Below, piece by piece: positions 35,957-46,650 of a stretch of 64,000 nucleotides of DNA. Source of the stretch: Nitrosopumilaceae archaeon. Its GTDB lineage: Archaea > Thermoproteota > Nitrososphaeria > Nitrososphaerales > Nitrosopumilaceae. Location of the stretch: positions 608,001-672,000 of the forward strand of contig OZ242365.1 of assembly GCA_965208905.1 (NCBI GenBank), read 5' to 3'. The notes below the pieces were generated by a model. The model was not told the origin of the DNA and did not search any database. It worked only from the letters and a program-made list of their open reading frames with translations. How positions within the stretch are numbered: the stretch's first letter is position 1; every line of letters starts with the position of its first letter. Position numbers and translations under genes: made by a program.

Positions 35957-36838
35957 TCACTCCAAGGTATCAATCGACACTTTCTCAAACTTTGCCACGA
36001 GTTGTTTTGGCCTGATTTTTAGCGGGGTAAAGACGCGTTCCATAGAATAGTCGATGTAATCTTTTTCTGTGTCATAGTTTATACTCCGACGTCCCAAGGC
36101 AACGGCAACCTTTGCGGTCTGTCCCGAACCGCAGAACGGATCCAGGACCGTATCGTCCCGATATGAGTACATGTGTATCAGTCGGTGTGGTATCTCCTCA
36201 GGGAACGGACATGGGTGGTCCAACATACGAGGTGGGACAGGAGCTATATGCCAGACATTGTTGGCCACATCCATCTTGAATATTTCGTCTATCTCAAAAC
36301 GGGATGTCTCTATTGTGCCGTTGATCTGGTTATAGATGGGCTCGCCGGGCTTTCGAAACACCATGATATATTCGGTCATGATATTCGGGTAATAATATCC
36401 CGGATATGGTCTTTGTATGGTGACGCCTGCGCGTCTCACACCAGCCGTGGTCTTGTGCCATATTATATCTTGATGGAATAACCAGCCTGCCTGTACTAGC
36501 CGCGCTACTATATCGAATGGTACCGGTACATGGGTACCTTTCATCAATACAGTCCCTATTACAACTGCGCAGAATCCTCCCGGCTTTGTGACCCGTAGGA
36601 CTTCACCAAATATGCGTTGCATTAAAGCCAGATAGCCATCATAGTCATCGAACCCCTCTGCATACATTCGGGAGCGATACCACGATTCAGCGTTACGGGT
36701 ATGCGCATCATAGTCTATGGCATTCCAGTATGGGGGGGATGTTACAGTAAGAGATATTGTATCATCGGCGACTTGCCCCATCTGCTCGCTACTCTGACAG
36801 AAGAACTTTACATCATGTCTCTGAGTTTCGCCTGTCAC
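35957..36838 (-). CDS. Site-specific DNA methyltransferase (N4-C/N6-A, beta class)
   Basis: TSPPY motif IV; HPCPFP; VLDPFCGSG motif I. Confidence 0.92.
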   Translation of the reverse strand: MTGETQRHDVKFFCQSSEQMGQVADDTISLTVTSPPYWNAIDYDAHTRNAESWYRSRMYAEGFDDYDGYLALMQRIFGEVLRVTKPGGFCAVVIGTVLMKGTHVPVPFDIVARLVQAGWLFHQDIIWHKTTAGVRRAGVTIQRPYPGYYYPNIMTEYIMVFRKPGEPIYNQINGTIETSRFEIDEIFKMDVANNVWHIAPVPPRMLDHPCPFPEEIPHRLIHMYSYRDDTVLDPFCGSGQTAKVAVALGRRSINYDTEKDYIDYSMERVFTPLKIRPKQLVAKFEKVSIDTLE

Positions 36839-36881
36839 ATAGTTATTCTTTTTTCAATATATTTAATCTTGGTTATGAGGG

Positions 36882-37052
36882 GGTTCTGGGAAATCAACGG
36901 GACATGACATGGAAGCCGCAGGTATCACTATCGAGGGCAATAGCAAGTACCTAACCCTCATTCGAGCAGCCGCAGAATCAACATCTTAATCCCTCATTTT
37001 TTATGTCCCTAATTTCCCACTACATGTCATGTCCCGTTGATTTCCCAGAACC
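36882..37052. mobile_element. 171-bp MITE with perfect 30-bp TIRs
   Basis: GGTTCTGGGAAATCAACGGGACATGACATG (36882-36911) and its exact reverse complement (37023-37052). Confidence 0.88.
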
Positions 37053-38089
37053 GTTCGTTAATCATCGGTATCTCTCTCCATCCATTTTGGGTCCTTTTCT
37101 CTGATCGCTTTTGTGGCCTTTCTGACAGAAAATGCCTGTAGTGGTGTCTCGTAGTTGTCAATATCCAACGAAAAGTGAAGTCTGCGCTCATTATAGTACT
37201 CTATATAGGAAGATAGACTATCATAATGATGTATCTCTGTCTCTATACTACCGTGAAAGCGTTCCAGTTTGCCGTTTGTCTGCGGATGATACGGTCGTGA
37301 GTTTATCATCTCGATTCCACGGTCTAACAACTCGGCCTCAAACGCAGTAGGCTTCCATTTGCCCTTAGGTGAATCGTCATGCCTTCTTCCCCCGTTAAAA
37401 CACCTACCATTATCTGAGAGGATAGTGGCCGGTGTACCAAATCTCGCTATTGCTTGTCGCAGCACATCTACTACGTTTTCTGAGGTGGCTTCCTTGAATA
37501 GGGCAGCACCCGTTATACACCTTGATGAATCATCTAGAAATGTGACTAGGTTGAGCCCTGCAAAGCGTTGATCCTTCATTATATGCCAGTCAACATGCCA
37601 CATGGCATTGGAATATTTGCGCTCATACCTAACGTATTTTCTTTTTTTGGATTTTGCTACAGATGATGTGACTAGTCCATGTTCTTTCATTATGCGATAT
37701 ATGGTGGCATAGCTTATATTCGGATTGTCTTTTCTGACCCTCCTTGCTGTTCGTATGATGCCTACATCTTCCTCTGCATGTTTGTTCAACACGGTTCGGA
37801 CCTCCTCTGCCGACGGTGGTGGGTGGACTGGCCGGCCTGGCTTTTGTTGCACGTGTATCTGTCCTGTTCTTGTAAACTCTGCACATAGTCGTCCTACATG
37901 TTGTGGTGTTACACCTATATCGTCTGCTATGTCAACAAGCGTCTTACCCTTACCACGTTCCCTTATGGCGTATCGTATCTGTTTATCCGTCAACTTTGTC
38001 ATTTTCATCTTTTTTCGTGATCGATAAAGCGTGAAGTATTCCTTTGCTTGCAACCAGAACTTAGTCGAACCTAATTTTTGTACAACAGA
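37053..38089 (-). mobile_element. IS481-family element (transposase 37058-38053), 3' end clipped by the MITE
   Basis: HTH + WHVDW, LDDSSR, SDNG, PQTNGKLERF; homolog of 56743-57786. Confidence 0.88.
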
Positions 38090-38147
38090 TATTGAATAGT
38101 ATTCTATAGTCCTGAAATCAGTTCGCTATTTAAGATATAATCTCGGC

Positions 38148-38632
38148 GGTTCCTCCTGCAAGGCCGGGCGATGCCTGAAAAAGTGTCTCTACACGCTTGA
38201 ATAGTTTTTGGGATCATGGTAGACATGGTAGGCAAGAGGAAGCAGCGGAAAGGCAGGGCATCAGAACAGAGTATCAACAGGCGTGGACACCAGATCTATG
38301 AAAAGGGCGACCAGATCAAACCCTTGACCGGGTAGCACTGGGATGTGGCATCTCGAAGGGGAGGGCGTATTGTGTATGGTGTCACTCGGCTGCGGCAAGA
38401 CCACCTAAGAATGTCCCTATCATGTGCCCGGGAAAGGATGCAGGTGCAAGCACATAACCGCGGTTGAGTACATGCTGCTCAAAGATATCAAGCCCTCCCT
38501 CATGGGGAGGCTGATCATCGGAGAGGCGGGACTGAAGTGTCACGCCAAGTGGCCTGTATGTGTTGGTTCAGGTCGATTTTTGGGATACGATCTTGGATTT
38601 TAGATCAATTATCCGGCATTGCGGGAGGAATC
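38148..38632 (+). mobile_element. TIR-bounded remnant containing the 5' part of a SWIM-domain transposase
   Basis: GGTTCCTCCTGCAAGGCCGGG ... CCGGCATTGCGGGAGGAATC; interior CPYHVPGKGCRCKHITAVEYML with stops/frameshifts. Confidence 0.7.
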
Positions 38633-38796
38633 TTTGAGTGAATGAGGTATAATGTACTGTATGATATGTGTCAAAAACATTCCGAGTTAACAATGGCTAC
38701 ATGGCCTGCCTGACCATTAAATTGAAATAACCTGCGCAACTATGTCTTGAGATCAGTCTGACTAGCACGTATGCTGCGAACAGATTACATCATGTG

Positions 38797-39951
38797 TCAT
38801 GCAGCTGATCTCTTTAGGTCTTCTACAGCCTCTAGTATTGTACATGTAGAGTCATCTACCTCTGTATTAGTTGTAAACCTGCCAAGACCTAGGCGTATAG
38901 ATTCATGAGCCTTATCCTCGGTGAGTCCTATGGCCAGCAGCACATGTGATGGCTCTACCATCTGCGTGGTACATGCAGAACCGGCCGATATGGCCACCTT
39001 GTCAGACACTGAATTTATTATTGCCTTACCTTCGATTCCGGGAAAACGTACATTCAGGTTGTGTGGTAGTCTATTTGTGGGATGACCGTTCAGTGTGGCG
39101 CCAAACTTTTGAAATCTTTCAAACATCATTCTAGTCCATGTGCGTTGCTGCTCCCCTTCAAGATTCATCTGGCTCTGTGCCAGGCGAGCGGCCTCACCAA
39201 AACCCACTATGCCAGCCACATTATGAGTTCCAGATCTTAACCCCAACTCCTGACCGCCCCCACGAATTATGCCATCTAGTTGTACTATTGGCCGTATACT
39301 GCGTATGTATAATGCTCCCACTCCCTTTGGCCCATACATTTTGTGCGCCGACATGGACATCAAGTCGATGTTCATCTTTTGCACATCCATAGGAATGTGG
39401 CCTACAGCCTGAGCTCCATCAGTATGAAACAGTATGTCGTGTTTGTGTGCCAGCTTACCCACCTCAGACACATTCTGTATGGTACCAATCTCGTTATTTG
39501 CAGTCATTATGGATATCAACACAGTGTCAGAAGTAATGGCCTCTCTGAGTTGTTCCATATCTACACTACCAAAACGGTCTACCGACACGTAGGTGACCGA
39601 GTATCCGAGTCTCTGGAGATGTCTTGCCGTATCCAGCACGGCCTTGTGTTCTATTGTACATGTCACAAGGTGTTTACCACGTTTATGATGTCTGGCCATC
39701 ACGCCCATCAATGCCATATTGTCAGCTTCAGTGGCTCCTGATGTGAATACTATCTCATCGTGGCGAGCCCCCACCAAATCAGCTACTCTCCCTCTAGCCT
39801 CATCTATGGCCACAAATGCCTCATGTCCCAGTGAGTGATCCAAACTGGATGGATTACCAAATTTCTCTGTCATATATGGCATCATATATTCAAGCACCCG
39901 AGGATCCATTCGGGTGGTGGCATGATTGTCCAGATATATGGTATGTTTCAT
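38797..39951 (-). CDS. dndA: Cysteine desulfurase DndA/IscS
   Basis: YLDNHATT, SAHKMYGPKG, SAGSAC; coupled to dndE. Confidence 0.9.
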   Translation of the reverse strand: MKHTIYLDNHATTRMDPRVLEYMMPYMTEKFGNPSSLDHSLGHEAFVAIDEARGRVADLVGARHDEIVFTSGATEADNMALMGVMARHHKRGKHLVTCTIEHKAVLDTARHLQRLGYSVTYVSVDRFGSVDMEQLREAITSDTVLISIMTANNEIGTIQNVSEVGKLAHKHDILFHTDGAQAVGHIPMDVQKMNIDLMSMSAHKMYGPKGVGALYIRSIRPIVQLDGIIRGGGQELGLRSGTHNVAGIVGFGEAARLAQSQMNLEGEQQRTWTRMMFERFQKFGATLNGHPTNRLPHNLNVRFPGIEGKAIINSVSDKVAISAGSACTTQMVEPSHVLLAIGLTEDKAHESIRLGLGRFTTNTEVDDSTCTILEAVEDLKRSAA

Positions 39952-40325
39952 GGGCCCCGTTCCATCTGGACAACCCTGTAAAAATCTCCTATGTCGTGTA
40001 TGCGCGCAAACAACATCACAACACCCCGGTTGAAATGAGCTCGAAGCATACGGTTTAGGTAAGTGTCCACATCTAGTCCATCATGTTTCAGCCGCAGTGT
40101 CATTAGAGCCAGAAAGATATCCTCATAGTCTCCAAAGAGAACTGCAGGAGCAATCTCTGAGCCCTTCTCGTCGTACTCGTCCGGATTTGGAGGAGATGGA
40201 TCCTTGAGGGATAGGCAGATGGCAAACCTACCTGCTATGTTGGGTGTTATGCCCGTACGCTTCTTTATTACTGCCAAGTTATTCTGACTCCTGCTACTCA
40301 TCCGAAGCCGACTAAATCTTCTCAT
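39948..40325 (-). CDS. dndE: DNA sulfur modification protein DndE
   Basis: KKRTGITPNIAGRFAICLSL; RAHFNRG. Confidence 0.92.
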   Translation of the reverse strand: MRRFSRLRMSSRSQNNLAVIKKRTGITPNIAGRFAICLSLKDPSPPNPDEYDEKGSEIAPAVLFGDYEDIFLALMTLRLKHDGLDVDTYLNRMLRAHFNRGVVMLFARIHDIGDFYRVVQMERGP

Positions 40326-42379
40326 CTCTCATCCCAAAAGTATCCTGTCCTCACCTGCGTCTGCCCCATTGTTTGATCATGCTGTATGGTGTATGACTTT
40401 GACAGATACGGTAAGAGCCGACTGTACTCATCCTGTCCTATCTCTGTATCTGTAGAGAAGAGTATGACCTGGTGTGATGCCAATGGAAAGAATCTATCTA
40501 CTAGATTCGAGCGATGCTCTGCATCTAATCTGGCCAATGGAGTATCTATCATGAACGGTAGAGGGCGCCCCGAAGTTCGGGCAAGGCCCCACAATATGGA
40601 CATGGATAACATCTGTCGTTCTCCCTGCGAGATTGTCTGCAAGGGTATCTCATTACTGTCCATATCGTATAATGCTATGTCAAATGTGTTGGGGTCTATC
40701 TTTACAGTTTTTATGAAATTCTGTTTATGCATAAGAGTGATCACAGTCTCAGTGATGTATGACTCTAAGAGAGCCATCTTTCTCTCTCGTAGTTTTTTAG
40801 CGTATATATCAAGAGCACGCTGAATGGTTTGGACGAGCTGGCCACTCCTTTGACTCTTTTCATTCTTGTACTGGCTTGCTCGTATATCTCGCATCTTTAT
40901 GGTTATGTGCTTTATCAGCGCCAAACCCGACGCTTTGCTACTCTCTATGGTGTCAATCTCTCCTTCAAGACGCCCCAACTCTTGACGCATTCTGCCTATA
41001 CGGGTGACGAGTGGGCCTATCTCATCATCAGATGGAGCTCTAATTATCGACTCTTCGAGTATGGTGATCTCTTCTTTGAGGCTATCATATTTAGATACGG
41101 CATCCTGAGCATGCTGTATACTATTTATGGAGTCCTGTATGATGTTTCGAATTCGCTCCTGCTGGCGGGTGGAGAAACCAAAGACTTCAGATGCGTTACC
41201 ATTCTTTGGTAATGACCTCTTTATCGCGTATAGTGTATTGTTTATGATATTGTCTTTATGCTGATTATCTATATGACATAATGATTCTGAGGCAGACAGT
41301 GTAGTCTGCACGTCTTGACATATGTCATTTATGATATCGGCCTTTATCCTATTTTGAGCTATCTGGTTATCGGTGTGAATCTGTTCTAACATCATACCTG
41401 TCTGTTCAGGTATAATCCCAAAGGGGAGAGTAGATGCGCAAAGACCACTGATAAAGTTTGTATGAGTCTCTATCTGGTTCCTCTTTATATCAAGTTGAGC
41501 TTGGATTTTATGACGTTTTTGCGCAAAACTACCTCCCATCTTGTTGAAGATGGCCTCTACCTCCTGAATCTGTACTAATATCCTATCTTTGTCGGCACTC
41601 TTTTCTACTTCCCTATCGTATAGTCTGTCTATCTTTGATTCGGCCTCACTCATTTGCTTGTTTAGTTCTTTGAACTCTGCTGCAAGATGCTTATCATCGC
41701 CTACAAGACTCCTCGTGAGGGTGGTATTTAGATCCGTCTGTAGCTGCTCTACTATATCTACTCCTAGTAGTGAATTCAAAGGGGACTTTATGTCGTATCT
41801 CTGTGCCATCATCATCACCTCCTCGCCATCAAAGAAGAACAAATCAAGTACCTCGGGAGGTATTAATCCATTTACAAAGGTCTGTAGCTGCTCTCTTCCT
41901 ATACTGTTTATATCCTTGAATATATCATCACCTTCACCACGTCTCTTGACTACCATCTCTTCGCTTATGCCATCCTTTGAGCGCCGCCAGAGGCGCTCCA
42001 CCATGAATTCCTCTATATGACCGCTCATATACATGAGAAACTCAACAGAGATGGAGGTCCGTCTCTCTGAGTCTCGGAGACGTTCGGTGCGGTCACGATG
42101 CATGAGTTTGTCTAATCTCTCTTTGTATTGTCTTCGTGGATATCTAAAGTCATAGCTGCCGTATAGGCACAGCCTGACCGACTCAAACAGAGTAGTCTTT
42201 CCGTCACCATTTCGTCCCCCTATCAGTATTATTGGTTTGGAGGGTGTGGTGGTAAAGTCGAATTGGTGCCTGTCTGCATAGGGACCATAGTTCTTGAGCG
42301 TTATACGTTTTAGAAGTATTTTATCATCACCTGACCTTACCGTATCTCTGCTTATCCAGCTGATTTTGTCGTAGATCAT
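40322..42379 (-). CDS. dndD: DNA sulfur modification ATPase DndD (SMC-like; exact start uncertain)
   Basis: GGRNGDGKTT; FFFDGE; SQGERQ; IDTPLARLD; SHQVILFSTDTEI. Confidence 0.95.
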   Translation of the reverse strand: MIYDKISWISRDTVRSGDDKILLKRITLKNYGPYADRHQFDFTTTPSKPIILIGGRNGDGKTTLFESVRLCLYGSYDFRYPRRQYKERLDKLMHRDRTERLRDSERRTSISVEFLMYMSGHIEEFMVERLWRRSKDGISEEMVVKRRGEGDDIFKDINSIGREQLQTFVNGLIPPEVLDLFFFDGEEVMMMAQRYDIKSPLNSLLGVDIVEQLQTDLNTTLTRSLVGDDKHLAAEFKELNKQMSEAESKIDRLYDREVEKSADKDRILVQIQEVEAIFNKMGGSFAQKRHKIQAQLDIKRNQIETHTNFISGLCASTLPFGIIPEQTGMMLEQIHTDNQIAQNRIKADIINDICQDVQTTLSASESLCHIDNQHKDNIINNTLYAIKRSLPKNGNASEVFGFSTRQQERIRNIIQDSINSIQHAQDAVSKYDSLKEEITILEESIIRAPSDDEIGPLVTRIGRMRQELGRLEGEIDTIESSKASGLALIKHITIKMRDIRASQYKNEKSQRSGQLVQTIQRALDIYAKKLRERKMALLESYITETVITLMHKQNFIKTVKIDPNTFDIALYDMDSNEIPLQTISQGERQMLSMSILWGLARTSGRPLPFMIDTPLARLDAEHRSNLVDRFFPLASHQVILFSTDTEIGQDEYSRLLPYLSKSYTIQHDQTMGQTQVRTGYFWDER

Positions 42380-43835
42380 CTACTATTTGGTTTAGATCCT
42401 TACGCCACTCCTCATTTAGTATGGAGTTAATTTTGGCATATATGCGAGAGTGGCGCGTCATGTTATAATGTTCTAGCTCCGTATTCAGCAAGCGAGCCAC
42501 CAACTGTGCTGGAACATCTGCCTCTGCGCAAGTCTCCTCTAATATCTCCTGCTCCAGTCTGCCAAATGAACCAGCGTCGTTCTTGATTTGGTCCAAACCT
42601 CTACCCGTGACTTTCTTGTATGTCTCATATGCGGTGTTTCTCCAGTCACCTCGCTCCATTCTCCATATGCGCTGAATCTCATGTATTTCATCATCCTGTA
42701 TTAATGACATGTTTTCATCCGGACCATCCTGCCGCACCTTGTTCTGCGCAACTAACAGCTTCTCCAAAAACTGAATGCAAAACTCCATGGTGTATGGCCC
42801 TGGCACGAGTACTTCGTATGGGTCCGGCTCACCGGGCGCATTCTCACCGTGTTCGGCGCGAGACTGCGCAATCCTCTCTTGGAAGGCCTTCATGCGCATC
42901 TCTTCTACAAGCTTCATTTTACCATCCCTGCGCTTTAAGCTGCGTACACTCTTTCGTATTTTGGGGTCCTGAGTGTCCTTGAGCTCTTGGCGAAGCTCCA
43001 AGAGTGGATACATCCACTCCTCCCCGTTCTCTATCGTATTCTTTAATGATGTATCCTTGTCTACTACAGTGCAAGTCCAGCACCCGAATCTACTATTGCC
43101 ACAGGATGGTGTGTTGGTGTCGACCACCAATGGACACTCTGCAGCATTGGCGTTCTGATAGAGCGCCAACAGATCGCGGTTGTTACTCCCCCACGGATTC
43201 TTGTTTTGAAGTAGATAGTTCCAGATGTCTTTGGCGGTAAAGTCTCTTACTGGTGTGTAAACATACGTCTGTGGGAATTTGGAGTGGCGTGAGAGTAGAC
43301 TACCTTTTATCTCATACAAGTCCATCAGCTGCTGGCGCGAACCACTCTCGTCCCGGCGAGTCCCAAGTACTACTATGGCCTCACCGTACTCTGAGACCTT
43401 CTCCTTTATGAAACGATCGGCATTCTTTATCTTGAGACGCTCGGTGCACCAACGGAACATGTTGGTGGGGGCTGGAAAGCCTTTGCCCAACAGACAGACC
43501 CAGAAGCTGTCCTGTATCAATGGGCGGACCAAGTTTGTGGATATTGGCAGAGATATCTCCTTGGCCGCCGACTCCATCATGTCTAAGGCGCCTACTATCT
43601 GCTGTACAATCTTTGGTGACTCTACTAGTGTGTCTGATGATATTATGAAGACTGCTTTATGCAACTTTTCAGATGGCAGCATCTTTAATGCATTCCATAT
43701 CAATTGTACCATGCAGGTAGAGTCTTTACCGCCACTAAAGCCCAGTATCCATGGTCGTGTATCTGATAGGTATACGTCCTGTATCTCACGGTAGATATCT
43801 TGTATAGTTCGAGATTTAAAGACAGACTCTGCCAT
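42327..43835 (-). CDS. dndC: DNA phosphorothioation sulfurtransferase DndC
   Basis: SGGKDS; SDTLVE; RWCTERLKI; CGNSRFGCWTCT. Confidence 0.96.
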   Translation of the reverse strand: MAESVFKSRTIQDIYREIQDVYLSDTRPWILGFSGGKDSTCMVQLIWNALKMLPSEKLHKAVFIISSDTLVESPKIVQQIVGALDMMESAAKEISLPISTNLVRPLIQDSFWVCLLGKGFPAPTNMFRWCTERLKIKNADRFIKEKVSEYGEAIVVLGTRRDESGSRQQLMDLYEIKGSLLSRHSKFPQTYVYTPVRDFTAKDIWNYLLQNKNPWGSNNRDLLALYQNANAAECPLVVDTNTPSCGNSRFGCWTCTVVDKDTSLKNTIENGEEWMYPLLELRQELKDTQDPKIRKSVRSLKRRDGKMKLVEEMRMKAFQERIAQSRAEHGENAPGEPDPYEVLVPGPYTMEFCIQFLEKLLVAQNKVRQDGPDENMSLIQDDEIHEIQRIWRMERGDWRNTAYETYKKVTGRGLDQIKNDAGSFGRLEQEILEETCAEADVPAQLVARLLNTELEHYNMTRHSRIYAKINSILNEEWRKDLNQIVDDLRQNQLDKQRYGKVR

Positions 43836-44227
43836 TATGCTACTACCACTTTACACCAAACGAGTCAATGGATCTTGAAACACCACACGCCCTTAGTATT
43901 TCACCAGCAGCAGCTTTTATTCCAGTCTTATTTTTTAGCATCTTGCCATGTAACATCAGCTTACCATCCCACATTTTACAGTCTCGTGACCAGTCAATTT
44001 TGCGCATATTTTTGATACGTTGCCTCCATGAACTATTATAATGATATACAAGAATATGTCCTACCATCCCTAACGCAACCAAAACATTGGTGTGCGCATG
44101 AACGTATCCCTGACGAAGCTCATACGGCATAATTTTGTTCTTTAATAATAAATCCCATTGAGGAATACTTTGAGCCACCTCGCGCCAATAATCGGCTGCT
44201 TGTTTCTGCTTCTCGGATGAGATTGAC

Positions 44228-45474
44228 TGGAGTGGACCCCATAGAATGTTACTGTTTTCGGCATGATTTTACATACATCTTCCATCATTTATTTGTCATC
44301 TCCAACTGTTCGGCAAATTCTACTGGTGTCATGTATCCGATAGAGGAATGAATCCTCTCGGTGTTGTAATCTACAAAGGCCTTTGCAATGATCGTCTCTG
44401 CCTCCTGATAGTTCGCAAACTCGTGCGGCCAGATGTATTCCTTTTTCAGCGTCTTGTGAAATGATTCGACATGTCCGTTCTGCTCCGGCGTATTCTTGTA
44501 GATGAATTCATGTTTGCCGATGCCAAGGGCCTGGACCGCATGTCTAAAGTCGCGGCTCGTATACTGGTTGCCGTTGTCCGTACGCAATCGTAATTGTGAG
44601 CAGTCAGGTTTCTCTGCGGCAACCGCGTTGGTGATTGAGGTGATTGCAATGTCTCGTGTGGCATTGACATCAAACGCGTAGGCGATCCACTTGCGCGTAA
44701 AGCAGTCAATTACGTTGAAGCAGTAGCACCAGCCGTCTATACCGCACCAGATGTATGTGATGTCCGTCTCCCACAACTGGTGTGGGGCTTTGGGTTTGAA
44801 GAGCTTTTGACCCGCTCGAATGATGTCGTTTTTGGTATTTTGTGGCTGGATGTAGCCCATTTTGCGATATATCCGCTGTATCTGCTTGCGGTTCACCACA
44901 ATTCCCGTATCGCGCGTTATCTGGGCCGCCATGCGCCGTGTGCCGTACGTGGGCCTCTTTCTGCTCGTATCTAGCACAGTGCTCAATATATCCGGATTCA
45001 ATCCCATGTCTCTGGGCTTGGGTTTGTAGTACCATTGGCGCCTGGATACGCCCGCATACCCTAGCGACTTGCGCAGGCTCAAATGTTGTTCCTGCATGAT
45101 TTTTACCGCGTTCAATCGTTGCTTGCCTCCAAGGTTTTTTTTAAAGCGTCGTTTGCGATTGTCAGATCCCCTATGATTCGCTTTAGGTCGCCGTTCTCCT
45201 TTTTGATGGCCTTTATCGGATCCTTCTTTCCGTGATGGGTCAGTCCGGACTTGCCTGCGTCCATGAACTTTTGCCGCCAGGCTTGAAACGTTTGGGGATG
45301 AACGTTGTGCTTGCGGCACAGCTCGGCCGTGCCAATATTGGTCTTGATTGATTCCAAAACGATCTGGATCTTTTGGTCTGGAGTAAACTTTGTTCTTACC
45401 ATGGCATCATCCCTCCCATTACGACTTTAAGCTGTATGAACGTGAGTGTTCTCATTCTAGCGGGGTCCCCACCA
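44228..45474 (-). mobile_element. IS3-family element, apparently intact (orfA 45112-45402, orfB to 44285, A8 slippery site)
   Basis: IRs TGGTGGGGACCCC / TGGAGTGGACCCC; 4-bp DR TGAC; WETDIT, TDNG, VESF DDE. Confidence 0.95.
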
Positions 45475-46213
45475 TGACTTTGTGTTAATTTTAAGCATAT
45501 GCTGTGTTGCTTCTGATATACCATTTAATGTAAAGAGGTTTTTTGAGCGATGCCCGATATTGGTCTTTTCCATTTCGGTTCTCCCACTAAATATTTCAAT
45601 ATCATTTGCCAAATTAACAACAAATCTGGCAAACTGATCCCTGTGGTCATATAGTATGCCCAGTGATTTTGTGGGTTTAATTGCGTGCTTGTTCAAGTCG
45701 GCAAACATCTGTTGACTCTGTTTGAGGCCTACATCCTCAAAGAATACGACTGGTATCTTTTCACCCCGCAGCTCTGGCTTGGTCTCATAAGCTTTTCTGA
45801 TGGCAGCACACCTATGTTGGCCATCGTTTATGAGTATGGGTGCATCAATGGGTATGCGCAAGGTCCCCATACGGGCAGACTCTCCTAGTCCAGGAGCTGG
45901 GAAAAAGATCAAATGACCGCCCACAGACACCGTAATGGCTGAGAATATGTAGCTGTCAAGATTGTTCAATATGTAATCGACCATATTGGGTATACGAGAC
46001 TGACGAAGTTTCCTCTGAGCCCTTAAAGTGGGCGGTATCTGTGGATCTTCATTAAATTTAAAGTGATTATACAGGGTGGCAAACGAACACGCGCCAGTAT
46101 AAAATTGGCGATGGCCCTGTCTTCCCCGTATGACATCAAATGATATTAAGCCGGTCTCATGGTCTATCTCTTTAAAAGGTATGGCTTTAGCGCGCCCTGC
46201 TACGCCATTAGCT

Positions 46214-46225
46214 GGGGGGGGGGGG
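46214..46225 (-). repeat. C12 homopolymer at the 5' end of dndB
   Basis: 12 consecutive G on the + strand. Confidence 0.9.
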
Positions 46226-46650
46226 TCATGGTAATTTGGGCCATGTTTTAATCACTTGTACGCATATTTTTAACTGTTTTTATTTTTTAATTTGTTGAAC
46301 AACTGCAATATGTTTAAAACAGAACAAAAAAGCTGATCTGCGAATTAAAAATGATAAAGTTTTGTAAAAATAATTTGGAACTAAACCTGACATTATCTAG
46401 ACTCTTGGATGGTAATAGTAATACTCTGACAGAATGGTGTGATGCAATAGAATATTGCAGTTTTAATAATAAACAAAATGGCAGGGAGGCATATGGACAT
46501 CGAAATTGACTCACACGAGTTGACTATTGATAATCTTTGTAAACAAGATGCGGGGCTGTCTGATAGGTGTACTCTTGCTACTCGCGGCCCAATTACGGGC
46601 GGTCCGGTTCTCTGGCCAGATGCAGTGAAGTATGAGGTGCAATATCGATT

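Larger units (their letters stand above)
43843..46244 (-). pseudogene. dndB: dndB regulator (DGQHR), split by IS3 and frameshifted at a C12 run
   Basis: RAQRKL..RIPNMVDYIL, NDGQHR, QQMFADLN; halves rejoin in frame (NTKS|ISSEKQ) after removing the IS and one TGAC. Confidence 0.9.
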
